The notes beneath the pieces are model-generated. The model worked only from the letters and a program-made list of their open reading frames with translations. It searched no databases and was not told the DNA's origin. A program made the translations under genes and the position numbers. This document shows, one piece after another, positions 1 through 8,613 of a DNA stretch of 64,000 bases; the first letter of the stretch is position 1; every line of letters begins with the position of its first letter. Origin of the DNA: Bacteroidales bacterium (GTDB lineage Bacteria > Bacteroidota > Bacteroidia > Bacteroidales > WCHB1-69); contig JAZLLK010000028.1 in the NCBI GenBank assembly GCA_045598105.1, positions 5,786 to 69,785 on the forward strand, read 5' to 3'.

Positions 1-453
1 ATAGCCTTAGCCCTGCTCATAACAGCCATAATATGGCTGGTACACCACTACCGTCGCAAGCTTAAACCCGCCAAGGCCGCTCCCGCTAAACCACTGGAAC
101 CCGCCGAAGTAATAGCCCTGCGTGATCTGGATGCCCTGTGGCAAAAAAAACTGTGCGAAAAAGGCCACTACAAGGAATTCTATAGCACCCTCAGCCTCAT
201 TACCCGCACCTACATATATAATCAATGGGATATAGCCTCACTCGAAATGGTTACCTCAGAAGTGTGCACGGCACTTAACAATACCCCAACCTCCCCTGAT
301 GACATTCTCCACGTTCAACAGGCCCTCCAAATGGCCGACCTTGTAAAATTTGCAAAAGCCATGCCCCTTGATTATGAAAACAAAAATAACTATGATGCCA
401 TAGTAAACTTTGTAAGAAATACCACCCCCGTTACCACCATTAAAAACAACTGA
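1..453 (+). CDS. DUF4381-like membrane protein, 5' end cut by the window edge (gene preceding batA in bat/aerotolerance loci)
   Basis: Frame 1 is open from base 1 to TGA 451-453 (IALALLITAIIWLVHHYRRK TM helix, then LDALWQKKL..KEFYSTLSLITRTY). The ORF track shows only the part from the internal Met at 247. It ends 2 nt before batA. Confidence 0.6.
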   Translation: MALALLITAIIWLVHHYRRKLKPAKAAPAKPLEPAEVIALRDLDALWQKKLCEKGHYKEFYSTLSLITRTYIYNQWDIASLEMVTSEVCTALNNTPTSPDDILHVQQALQMADLVKFAKAMPLDYENKNNYDAIVNFVRNTTPVTTIKNN

Positions 454-455
454 TA

Positions 456-1451
456 ATGAAACACCTCATAAGCTATATAAGCACTTTGGAACCGGCTCAC
501 CCGGCACGCCTGTGGCTACTGCTCATTATTATACCGCTTATAGCATGGTATATATGGAAACACGCCCATAAACATGCCTCCTTTCAGGTTTCAAGCATAA
601 TGCCCTTCCTATACCCCCAAAAACAAACTTGGGTACTACACATACCTTTTGCCCTTAGAATTATAGCTATAGCATTAGTAATTATAGCCTTAGCTCAACC
701 TCAAAGTTCCATATCACACAAGCAGATAGACGTGGAAGGCATAGACATAACCATGGCCCTGGACGTATCGGGAAGTATGTTAGCCATGGACTTTCGTCCA
801 AACAGGCTGGAAGCCTGCAAAAGCGTAATACGTTCCTTTGTGGAAAACCGCCCCTCCGACCGCATAGGCCTGGTACTCTACGCCGGCGAAGCCTATACCA
901 AATGCCCGCTCACCGGCGACCACACCACCCTCCTCGCCTCCCTGGAAAATAGTAACAATAACCAAATAGACGACGGCACCGCCATAGGCGACGGACTGGG
1001 CACCGCCATTAACCGCCTAAGAGAAAGCCAAGCTAAAAGTAAAGTAATCATACTGCTATCCGACGGCGTAAACAACTCCGGCTACATTGACCCCCTCTCT
1101 GCCGCCGACCTCGCCAAAGAATACGGCATAAGAGTATATACCATAGGCTGCGGCAGCATGGGCGAAGCCCCCTACAAAACACCCTACGGCACCTTCTATG
1201 CCAAAACAGAAATAGACGAAACCCTGCTGCGTAACATAGCCGACCTCACCGGAGGCAAATACTTTAGAGCCCAAAACAAAGAACGCCTAAAAGCCGTATA
1301 TAACGAAATAGACCAAATGGAAAAATCAAAAATAAGCGAAACCCGCTTCACCAACAAAAGTGAAGAATTCTTCCCATTCCTGCTGGCCGCCCTGCTGCTG
1401 TTTGTATTAGAAATAATACTCTCCCACACCATATGGAAAGTACAACCTTAA
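456..1451 (+). CDS. batA: BatA-type von Willebrand factor A domain membrane protein
   Basis: N-terminal TM helices, VWA domain with MIDAS motif DVSGSM, LLSDGVNN, and a C-terminal TM helix. This is the classic BatA architecture. Confidence 0.85.
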   Translation: MKHLISYISTLEPAHPARLWLLLIIIPLIAWYIWKHAHKHASFQVSSIMPFLYPQKQTWVLHIPFALRIIAIALVIIALAQPQSSISHKQIDVEGIDITMALDVSGSMLAMDFRPNRLEACKSVIRSFVENRPSDRIGLVLYAGEAYTKCPLTGDHTTLLASLENSNNNQIDDGTAIGDGLGTAINRLRESQAKSKVIILLSDGVNNSGYIDPLSAADLAKEYGIRVYTIGCGSMGEAPYKTPYGTFYAKTEIDETLLRNIADLTGGKYFRAQNKERLKAVYNEIDQMEKSKISETRFTNKSEEFFPFLLAALLLFVLEIILSHTIWKVQP

Positions 1452-1471
1452 AAAAAAACATACATATACTC

Positions 1472-2731
1472 ATGACAGAACAAAAATTGGTAACCGCTTC
1501 CATCATCAATATAGGCGATGAACTTCTTATAGGCCAAATAGTAAATACCAATGCCAACGCTATAGCCCAAATGTTCAACCAACTGGGCATTAAAATAACC
1601 GAAATACTCGTTATAGCCGATGAACAGCAAGCCATAGAACAGGCCTTTGAACAACAACTGAACCGTAACGACATAGTATTTGTTACCGGCGGACTGGGTA
1701 CCACCAATGACGATGTAACCAAAAAATGCATTTGCCACTACTATAACACCTCTCTTGTAGAAAATGCCGACGTAAAACAACATGTGCAAAACATACGCCG
1801 CAGCCGCGGCCTACTCATTCCCGACAGCGTACTCACCCAGGCCATGGTACCAAAAATATGCCAAATAATACATAACCCCGTAGGTACCGCCCCCGGCATG
1901 TGGATATATAAAGATAACAAAGTACTCATATCCACCCCCGGCGTACCCGGCGAACTGCAGGCCATGCTGAACGAAATAAGCACCCGCCTGCAACACACCT
2001 TTCAACCTTGGCATAAAATAGATAAACATGTAAAAACCGGCGGCATATCCGAATCTGGACTCTCCGACATGCTACAGGAATATGAACACTCCCTGCCTCC
2101 CTATATATCACTGGCATACCTGCCCAAATACGGCATCATTAATCTCCGCCTTTCGGGCCGCCATGCCAATAAAGCCCTGCTTGAACAACAAATGGACCAC
2201 TACTTCCAACAACTGCAACATATAGCCAAAGACTATATATTCTACCTTGATGACAAGGAAATGGCCCAAATAGTAGGTCTTGCCCTTAAAGAACAAGGCA
2301 AAACCATGGCTACCGCCGAAAGCTGTACCGGCGGACTCCTCGCAGCACAAATCACCTCCTACCCCGGCAGTTCCGCCTATTTTAAAGGCAGCGTGGTGGC
2401 CTACAGCAACGAAATAAAACAAAATATACTCCACGTGCCCGCACTCACCCTTACTACTCAAGGCGCCGTAAGCGAAGATACAGTGAAATACATGGCCCGT
2501 AACCTGCTCTCACTATATAATACCGACTACTCCGTGGCCGTGAGCGGCATAGCCGGCCCCGACGGAGGTACACCCGATAAACCCGTAGGCACCGTATGGA
2601 TAGCGGTAGCAAACCATGATACATGCATAGCCTCATGCCACCAACTGGGATTTGGCCGCCAAAGAGTAATAGACCGTACATGCCAACTGGCACTGCTTAT
2701 GCTATATCAACTTATACTACAATCCAAATAA
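1472..2731 (+). CDS. cinA: CinA family protein (MoCF-like domain plus PncC-type nicotinamide-nucleotide amidohydrolase domain)
   Basis: GDELLIGQIVNTNA and TGGLGTTNDD in the N-domain, ATAESCTGGLLA in the C-domain. Start moved from 1433 to ATG 1472 (MTEQKL) to remove the overlap with batA. Confidence 0.85.
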   Translation: MTEQKLVTASIINIGDELLIGQIVNTNANAIAQMFNQLGIKITEILVIADEQQAIEQAFEQQLNRNDIVFVTGGLGTTNDDVTKKCICHYYNTSLVENADVKQHVQNIRRSRGLLIPDSVLTQAMVPKICQIIHNPVGTAPGMWIYKDNKVLISTPGVPGELQAMLNEISTRLQHTFQPWHKIDKHVKTGGISESGLSDMLQEYEHSLPPYISLAYLPKYGIINLRLSGRHANKALLEQQMDHYFQQLQHIAKDYIFYLDDKEMAQIVGLALKEQGKTMATAESCTGGLLAAQITSYPGSSAYFKGSVVAYSNEIKQNILHVPALTLTTQGAVSEDTVKYMARNLLSLYNTDYSVAVSGIAGPDGGTPDKPVGTVWIAVANHDTCIASCHQLGFGRQRVIDRTCQLALLMLYQLILQSK

Positions 2732-2741
2732 CACCTCACTT

Positions 2742-3362
2742 ATGTTCAACAACGAATACCTCACCATCAACGGCCCCGCACAAGGCTTGTACAAAGATAA
2801 AGGAAGCCGTTTCATAGGCATGGCCTTCCGCGTGCACAATGAAGAAGAGGTAAAGAACATAATAACCGACATTAAAAAAAAATATTACGACGCCTCCCAC
2901 CATTGCTACGCCTACTATATAGGCCACTACGGCACACCCGCTACCCGCAGCAATGACGATGGCGAACCCTCCGGCACAGCAGGAAAACCTATAATGGGAC
3001 AAATACTGTCACACGACTTGAAAGATGTACTCATAGTAGTTGTACGCTACTTCGGCGGTATTAAATTGGGCGTGAGCGGACTCATAGCCGCCTACAAAAC
3101 TTGCGCCGAAAATACCCTGCTCAATAGTAAAATCATAAGCGTTCCCATAGAACATGTATATAGCTTGTGTAGCCCCTACAACTGCCTGAACGACATAATG
3201 ACCATACTCAAACGCATAAATGCCAAAATATACCATACACAATATGAAAATGAACAGGTAAACATAGAATTTTCCGTATCTGTCTCTACCTCAAATCATA
3301 TAGATGAATATTTTGAAAAATTATACCAACTGCCACCCTTAAAACATATAAAAGTACTATAA
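2742..3362 (+). CDS. yigZ: YigZ / IMPACT (UPF0029) family protein
   Basis: Motifs SRFIG, HHCYAY and DDGEPSGTAGKPI, with the typical length of about 200 aa. Confidence 0.75.
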   Translation: MFNNEYLTINGPAQGLYKDKGSRFIGMAFRVHNEEEVKNIITDIKKKYYDASHHCYAYYIGHYGTPATRSNDDGEPSGTAGKPIMGQILSHDLKDVLIVVVRYFGGIKLGVSGLIAAYKTCAENTLLNSKIISVPIEHVYSLCSPYNCLNDIMTILKRINAKIYHTQYENEQVNIEFSVSVSTSNHIDEYFEKLYQLPPLKHIKVL

Positions 3363-3438
3363 TTTTTTTCTATTAATTTTTAACCTTTATCACTTTCCGT
3401 TGTCTACATTATATATTCACTTAAAATAAAATAACAAA

Positions 3439-3927
3439 ATGAAAAAATCAGTTCTATTAGCAGCAGCCTTGTGCTTTACCATGATAGCTTGCAACAATCA
3501 AAATGAAAACGCCACCGCCGAACAGGCACAACCTTCCGAAGAACAGGTACAACACCACTGCAGTAAAGGTCACCACAAATGCTGTGGTATGAGTGAAGAA
3601 CAAAAAGCCGAATGCCAGGCTCTAAAAGAGCAAATGGAAAATTGGGAAAACCTGAGCGATGACGCTAAAAAAGAATTAGTAAACACTATGAAAGCCCGCA
3701 TAGACGCTAAAGAAGCCGAAATGCAAGCTAAAAAAACTGAAATGGAAGCCAAAAAAGCTGAAATGGAAGCCCAATGGGCTAATTGGGACAACCTTACCCT
3801 TGATGAACAAAAAGCATTGTTAGATGCTAAAAGAGAATGCATGCATCGCCATGGTCACCATGGTCCTCAACCTCAACACTGCGGCCACCATGCTGAAGGC
3901 GAATGCCAACACCATTGCCAAAATTAA
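3439..3927 (+). CDS. His/Cys-rich coiled-coil lipoprotein, possible metal-binding protein, no family recognised
   Basis: Signal peptide with lipobox (TMIAC). His/Cys clusters at both ends (HHCSKGHHKCCG; CMHRHGHHGPQPQHCGHHAEGECQHHCQN). The central helical region carries the duplicated motif NWENLSDD / NWDNLTLD. Confidence 0.7.
   Translation: MKKSVLLAAALCFTMIACNNQNENATAEQAQPSEEQVQHHCSKGHHKCCGMSEEQKAECQALKEQMENWENLSDDAKKELVNTMKARIDAKEAEMQAKKTEMEAKKAEMEAQWANWDNLTLDEQKALLDAKRECMHRHGHHGPQPQHCGHHAEGECQHHCQN
3706..3768 (+). repeat. Three tandem 21-nt (heptad) repeats inside the His/Cys-rich lipoprotein gene
   Basis: gctaaagaagccgaaatgcaa / gctaaaaaaactgaaatggaa / gccaaaaaagctgaaatggaa, encoding AKEAEMQ AKKTEME AKKAEME. 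Confidence 0.85.
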
Positions 3928-4023
3928 AACCAACAAATAATACGTAAAATCCAACTCCAACAAATTGGAATCGTGTGCATAATATTGCACACAAAAAAAA
4001 CTAAAAAAACATAAAACTATTTA

Positions 4024-4061
4024 AGTTCCGTCTTCTTACGCTGTGGCGGAACTTTTTTTTT
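4024..4061 (+). terminator. Candidate intrinsic terminator downstream of the His/Cys lipoprotein gene
   Basis: agttccg (4024-4030) pairs with cggaact (4047-4053), followed by a run of 9 T. The loop is rather large. Confidence 0.55.
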
Positions 4062-4165
4062 ACTCACACCTCCAGCCACTTAAATAGTATGGTACATAAA
4101 AAAATATACAAACTGATAAATAAACTGCAACTAATACTATGAGCCGGACGGCATTTTTCCCTCAT

Positions 4166-4702
4166 TTAACATGGCGTTCCCCCACGCTCCAATTTTACTA
4201 TCTTACTCACTCTCCTTTGCGGCACACGCCTCATACATAGCCTATATTTCCGCATAACATGGCTTATGCCGACTTGAGCCAACTCATGCTTAATATCCGC
4301 CTTCACCGCCTGCATGTACCACATATCGGTAACCGCCACATACGCCGTAAAAGCCGTATGCGTAGTGCTCAACGCACACACATGTGTAATGATAATCTTT
4401 CACCCTGTCATTATGCCTTATTGCCCTGTCTATGGCATCATAGTCTATATGCCTCGGCACACCGTCCAGCGATAATCGCACACTATCACGCAATAACTTC
4501 CGTGCGGATATAATAATTACTGTCGCCACTGCCATAGCTATAATGGCATCGGTAATATACCATTGCGTATAGTATAATATATTATCACACCCGATATCAC
4601 TATCCCCACTGCAGCTACCCTCACTATCATGGGCACTTCCACAGGCACCGGCACATACAGTACGTTAAGCACTATGCCTGCTACCACTGCCCCGTAAGGG
4701 TT
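4166..4702 (-). pseudogene. Decayed cation diffusion facilitator (CzcD/ZitB-like) gene: 5'-truncated and frameshifted
   Basis: Hand translation gives three out-of-frame pieces. Roughly 4575-4690 reads ..VAAVGIVISGVIIYYT. 4290-4535 reads ..QWYITDAIIAMAVATVIIISARKLLRDSVRLSLDGVPRHIDYDAIDRAI..VKDYH. 4166-4381 reads ..ALSTTHTAFTAYVAV..VKADIKHELAQVGISH. Together these match CDF TM5-6 and the C-terminal domain. In-frame stops lie upstream of about 4702, and no TM1-4 region is present. Confidence 0.6.
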
Positions 4703-4720
4703 ATATTATCCATATTATGA

Positions 4721-4909
4721 TTATAATGGTGATGATGTGCCATGCCTATTTTCTTTTTTCTCATCAGCATGATGATAGGGACAAGTATTACAATATTTGT
4801 TGCTGCAGCCGCTGCACATATTATGCTTACCACTGCTAACCCACATTTTTATCGCAGCGGCTGCAGCAACCAGCACCAATACCAATATTATAACACTTTG
4901 TATATTCAT
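4721..4909 (-). CDS. FeoB-associated Cys-rich small membrane protein
   Basis: 62 aa with one N-terminal TM helix (VIILVLVLVAAAAAI) followed by CSGCSNKYCNTC. It sits directly downstream of feoB, the typical Bacteroidota arrangement. Confidence 0.6.
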   Translation of the reverse strand: MNIQSVIILVLVLVAAAAAIKMWVSSGKHNMCSGCSNKYCNTCPYHHADEKKENRHGTSSPL

Positions 4910-4919
4910 AAGTTCATAA

Positions 4920-7277
4920 CTATATTACTGCACTTACCACCATATATACCAGCCAAGCCATAATCCACGCCAGCATACACTGAAATACTACTACATACCA
5001 GGCCCACTTGTGTCCCAATTCCCTACGTATGGCAGCTATAGTAGCCACACAAGGTGTATATAATAAACTAAATACCAACATAGATGCGGCTGATGCCGTG
5101 GTAAGCAATGCACGCACATTCAGCATTTGCATAGTTGCTACCACACTCTCTTTACGTAAAGCTCCCGATATTAAAGATGTTACTACCTTCCAGTCGGCTA
5201 AATCCATAGGCTGAAATATAGGTGCAATAAACCCCGATACCTGAGCCAACATACTTTCCGCACTATTTTCCACCATTACAAATTTAAAATTAAAACTTTG
5301 TAAAATCCATATTACCAGCGTTGCCACAAATATAATAGTAAACGCATTCAGGCAAAAGTCTTTGGTTTTATCCCATAACAAATGACAAGTGTTCTTCAAT
5401 CCCGGCATTCTATATGCCGGCAATTCCATTACAAATGGGGCCACATCACGTGTAGTACTTATCAGTTTCATACATAAAGCTACTATTACTCCCATTAACA
5501 AACTGAATATATACAAACCTATAGACACCAAAGCCCCATGATTGGGGAAAAATGCACTTATAAAAAAGGCAAATATAGGTATTTTAGCCGAACAATTCAT
5601 AAAAGGTATAAGCAATATAGTTTTGAGCCTGTCTTTTGCCGAAGGCAGAGTACGGGTAGCCATTACAGCAGGCACCGAACAGCCAAATCCTATAAGTAAA
5701 GGCACTATGCTTCGACCCGAAAGACCTAACTTACGCAATAGTTTATCGGTAACAAAGGCTATACGAGCCATATAGCCGCTATCTTCTATAAGGCTGAGAA
5801 AGAAAAAAAGCAATATTATTATGGGAACAAAACTGAGCACACTGCCCACTCCGCCAAATATGGCATCAGTTACCAGCGATATTACTGACGGATTCACCTC
5901 TGCCCGCCTCATGCTATTTTCACACACTTCCGCCAAATCGTTAACACATTTATCTAACAATTGCTGCAATGGCATACCCAATACATCTATACTCAACCAT
6001 ATTACCATACATATCACCATTATAAATATTGGTATGGCAGTCCATTTACCGGTAAGTATCTCATCTAACTTATGGCTACGCTGCGTTTCCACACTCTCCT
6101 TAGGCTCATATACGGTGTGAGCACACAAGCGGCGTATGAATCCGTACCGCATATCGGCCATGGCAGCAGAGCGGTCCATGCCACGTTCTTCCTCCATTTG
6201 ACACAGTATGTGCTCTAATGTTTCCTCTTCATTTTTACTCAGTTTCAACACTTTGAGTGTATCCGCATCACCTTCGGCAAGCTTGCCTGCGGCAAAACGA
6301 ATGGGCAAACCCGCATTTTCGGCATGGTCTTCTATAAGATGCATTATGCTGTGCAAACAACGATGCACACTGCCTCCTTCATCATCTTTAGAGCAAAAAT
6401 CCTGCCGTAACGGCCGCTCCTGATATTTGGCCACATGCATAGCATGCTCTATCAGCTCCCGCACACCCTCATTGTTTATTGCCGATATAGGTACCACAGG
6501 TATGCCTAATATTTTCTCCATTTCGTTTACATGTATGTTGCCGGCATTGTGCCGCACCTCATCCATCATATTCAGTGCCAACACCATGGGCACATTCAGC
6601 TCCATCAGCTGCATGGTAAGGTACAGCTGTCTCTCTATATTACCTGCATCCACTACATTGATTATAGCCTTAGGCCTGTTGTTTATAATATAATCCCTGG
6701 TAATATGCTCCTGCTGAGTATAGGGTAATAATGAATATATACCGGGTAAATCGGTAACCGTTGCATGGTCATACCCTTTTATGGCATGCTCCACGGCTTC
6801 CACCGTTACTCCCGGAGAATTTCCCACATGCTGATTGTCACCGGTAAGATAATTAAACAGGGTGGTTTTACCACAATTTTGCTGCCCTACCAGCGATATA
6901 GTTATAGAAGTGTCCTTAGGCAAAGGGTTTTCATCTTTTCTGGAGTGGTATTTACCTTCCTCTCCTAAGCCCGGGTGCGAATTATGCTCATGTAATGTAA
7001 CATTATATGCAGCATTATCTTCCACATCGGCTACATATATATCTGCCTTTTTATCGGCAAGTGTTACCTCTATATGCTCTGCCTCCTGCAAACGAAGCAA
7101 CAAGGTGTACCCCTGAACACTCAATTCCATAGGATCCCCCATGGGAGCATACTTCAACAAGGTGATGTCGGCACCGGGAATTACTCCCATATCCAAAAAA
7201 TGCTGGCGTAGCGAACTTTCTCCTCCTACCGACTGTATTATGGCCGTTTGACCCGGCATTAAATCTTTTAACTTCAT
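4920..7277 (-). CDS. feoB: Ferrous iron transporter, FeoA-FeoB fusion
   Basis: N-terminal FeoA SH3-like domain (DLMPGQTAIIQSV..GVIPGADITL), a G-domain (GQQNCGKTTLFN, DLPGIYSL), then the polytopic permease. Confidence 0.9.
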   Translation of the reverse strand: MKLKDLMPGQTAIIQSVGGESSLRQHFLDMGVIPGADITLLKYAPMGDPMELSVQGYTLLLRLQEAEHIEVTLADKKADIYVADVEDNAAYNVTLHEHNSHPGLGEEGKYHSRKDENPLPKDTSITISLVGQQNCGKTTLFNYLTGDNQHVGNSPGVTVEAVEHAIKGYDHATVTDLPGIYSLLPYTQQEHITRDYIINNRPKAIINVVDAGNIERQLYLTMQLMELNVPMVLALNMMDEVRHNAGNIHVNEMEKILGIPVVPISAINNEGVRELIEHAMHVAKYQERPLRQDFCSKDDEGGSVHRCLHSIMHLIEDHAENAGLPIRFAAGKLAEGDADTLKVLKLSKNEEETLEHILCQMEEERGMDRSAAMADMRYGFIRRLCAHTVYEPKESVETQRSHKLDEILTGKWTAIPIFIMVICMVIWLSIDVLGMPLQQLLDKCVNDLAEVCENSMRRAEVNPSVISLVTDAIFGGVGSVLSFVPIIILLFFFLSLIEDSGYMARIAFVTDKLLRKLGLSGRSIVPLLIGFGCSVPAVMATRTLPSAKDRLKTILLIPFMNCSAKIPIFAFFISAFFPNHGALVSIGLYIFSLLMGVIVALCMKLISTTRDVAPFVMELPAYRMPGLKNTCHLLWDKTKDFCLNAFTIIFVATLVIWILQSFNFKFVMVENSAESMLAQVSGFIAPIFQPMDLADWKVVTSLISGALRKESVVATMQMLNVRALLTTASAASMLVFSLLYTPCVATIAAIRRELGHKWAWYVVVFQCMLAWIMAWLVYMVVSAVI

Positions 7278-7298
7278 ATATTGTATCAGTACGTTATT

Positions 7299-8408
7299 CT
7301 AAAATTCTATACCCGCCCGCAACACCATATATAAAGCATTGTCCACATATTGATACGCACTTGACGGATGCATTATATATTGTATATCAGGTTGTAAATA
7401 TATATGTTCATTTATATCATATCTATAGGTTAACTCCACCACGGTTTCACGTCGGTAATCATCATTCAGCCAGGCCATGGTAGCACCTACGCCTAATATA
7501 TCATGGCCGCAAGCCGAAAATACACCTTTAAAATGCAAGCCCATACTCACATCCACATAGTTCTCCGACATTTTTTTTGGTGAATAAGCAGCCATAACAA
7601 ATACCGACATATCCCGCTCCCCTCTTTTCCAAAAATGCTGCTCCCCACACACATGCACTTCATAATTTTGCATAGCCGTATGATAGGCCACGCCTACTTT
7701 TACCACACCTTCCAGAGAATCATGTATATATGCATTAAAGGTAAACTCCGTAGCCAATACTCCGCCTTTTTGCGGTGTAAACCGCCAACGTATATTATAG
7801 GGATTATCCTCAAAATCCAAAGGAGTATCGTAAGTTCCTAACTGCCAGCTTACATAACGACTCATATTCCAATTCACATTCAAGCCCCACGAAGTAAGAG
7901 GAAATATGGGCACACCAAAATTAGCCGACAACACACTATTAATACCAAAGGAACTGTTCAAAAACAAGCCTGCATGGTCAGAATAAGCATACATGGCATT
8001 AAAATCATGTATTCCTGCGGTAATAGTAACCTTACCCAGCGTTTGGCTATAATACAACTCCTGCATAAAAGCATGATTACCTGCCTCTATATTATCAGCT
8101 ATGAGCACATCCCCTAACCACTGCTCCGACGGGCACACCCCATGAGTGGTGCCTCCGCTTAGCGTAATACTGCCGCCCTTCCACCAACCGGCCTTTTCCA
8201 TATTGAAACTCACACCTATGCTGCCATAACCCAAATATCCGAACCCGGATTGCTTTCCGCCTATTCCTCCTGCTATATCCCCTTTATACACAGCCATAAA
8301 ATCCCAGGGACTCTCCTTTTTGTTCTGTGCCTGTACCAAGCTAAACATATTCCCTGCCGACAGCAAAAATATTATGAAAGTAAACAAATATATGTATTTA
8401 TTCTTCAT
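7299..8408 (-). CDS. Outer-membrane porin, OprB-like (tentative)
   Basis: Signal peptide, alternating aromatic/glycine beta-strand pattern, C-terminal ..RAGIEF. The N-terminal region (GGIGGKQSGFGYLG..GWWKGGS) is reminiscent of OprB-type porins. It lies immediately upstream of feoAB on the same strand. Confidence 0.55.
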   Translation of the reverse strand: MKNKYIYLFTFIIFLLSAGNMFSLVQAQNKKESPWDFMAVYKGDIAGGIGGKQSGFGYLGYGSIGVSFNMEKAGWWKGGSITLSGGTTHGVCPSEQWLGDVLIADNIEAGNHAFMQELYYSQTLGKVTITAGIHDFNAMYAYSDHAGLFLNSSFGINSVLSANFGVPIFPLTSWGLNVNWNMSRYVSWQLGTYDTPLDFEDNPYNIRWRFTPQKGGVLATEFTFNAYIHDSLEGVVKVGVAYHTAMQNYEVHVCGEQHFWKRGERDMSVFVMAAYSPKKMSENYVDVSMGLHFKGVFSACGHDILGVGATMAWLNDDYRRETVVELTYRYDINEHIYLQPDIQYIMHPSSAYQYVDNALYMVLRAGIEF

Positions 8409-8437
8409 TTAATACGGGTTCATTCTTTATCTATATG

Positions 8438-8445
8438 CAAATATA
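8438..8445 (-). promoter_or_regulatory. Bacteroidota -7 promoter box (TATATTTG) for the porin-feoAB operon
   Basis: Plus-strand caaatata is TAnnTTTG on the minus strand, 30 nt upstream of start codon 8408. Confidence 0.5.
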
Positions 8446-8537
8446 CAACTAATTTTTCAAATTCACGTCTCCTTTGGTCATATTTTTTTCACGGTTTTTC
8501 ATTCCCGCATATAGTAATTATTATGGCATATAATAAT

Positions 8538-8561
8538 AAAAAAATGCTGACGGCAACAGCA
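8538..8561 (-). terminator. Weak candidate terminator after speB
   Basis: On the minus strand, tgctg-ttgccgt-cagca followed by T7. The stem is only 5 bp. Confidence 0.35.
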
Positions 8562-8613
8562 CATTCAGTACCCCCTACCGGCAGCATATATTATATGTAC
8601 TTGTACGTAAGCG

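Noticed and set aside
3966-3998. Hairpin gtgtgca-taatat-tgcacac followed by an A-run.
   Set aside because: On the plus strand it is followed by A rather than T. On the minus strand the T-run precedes the hairpin. So it does not have intrinsic-terminator geometry on either strand.
8513-8524. AT-rich partial palindrome agtaattattat upstream of the porin-feoAB promoter, considered as a Fur box.
   Set aside because: The symmetry is imperfect, and it lies about 70 nt upstream of the -7 box rather than overlapping it. The similarity to the 46227-46241 palindrome covers only one half-site.
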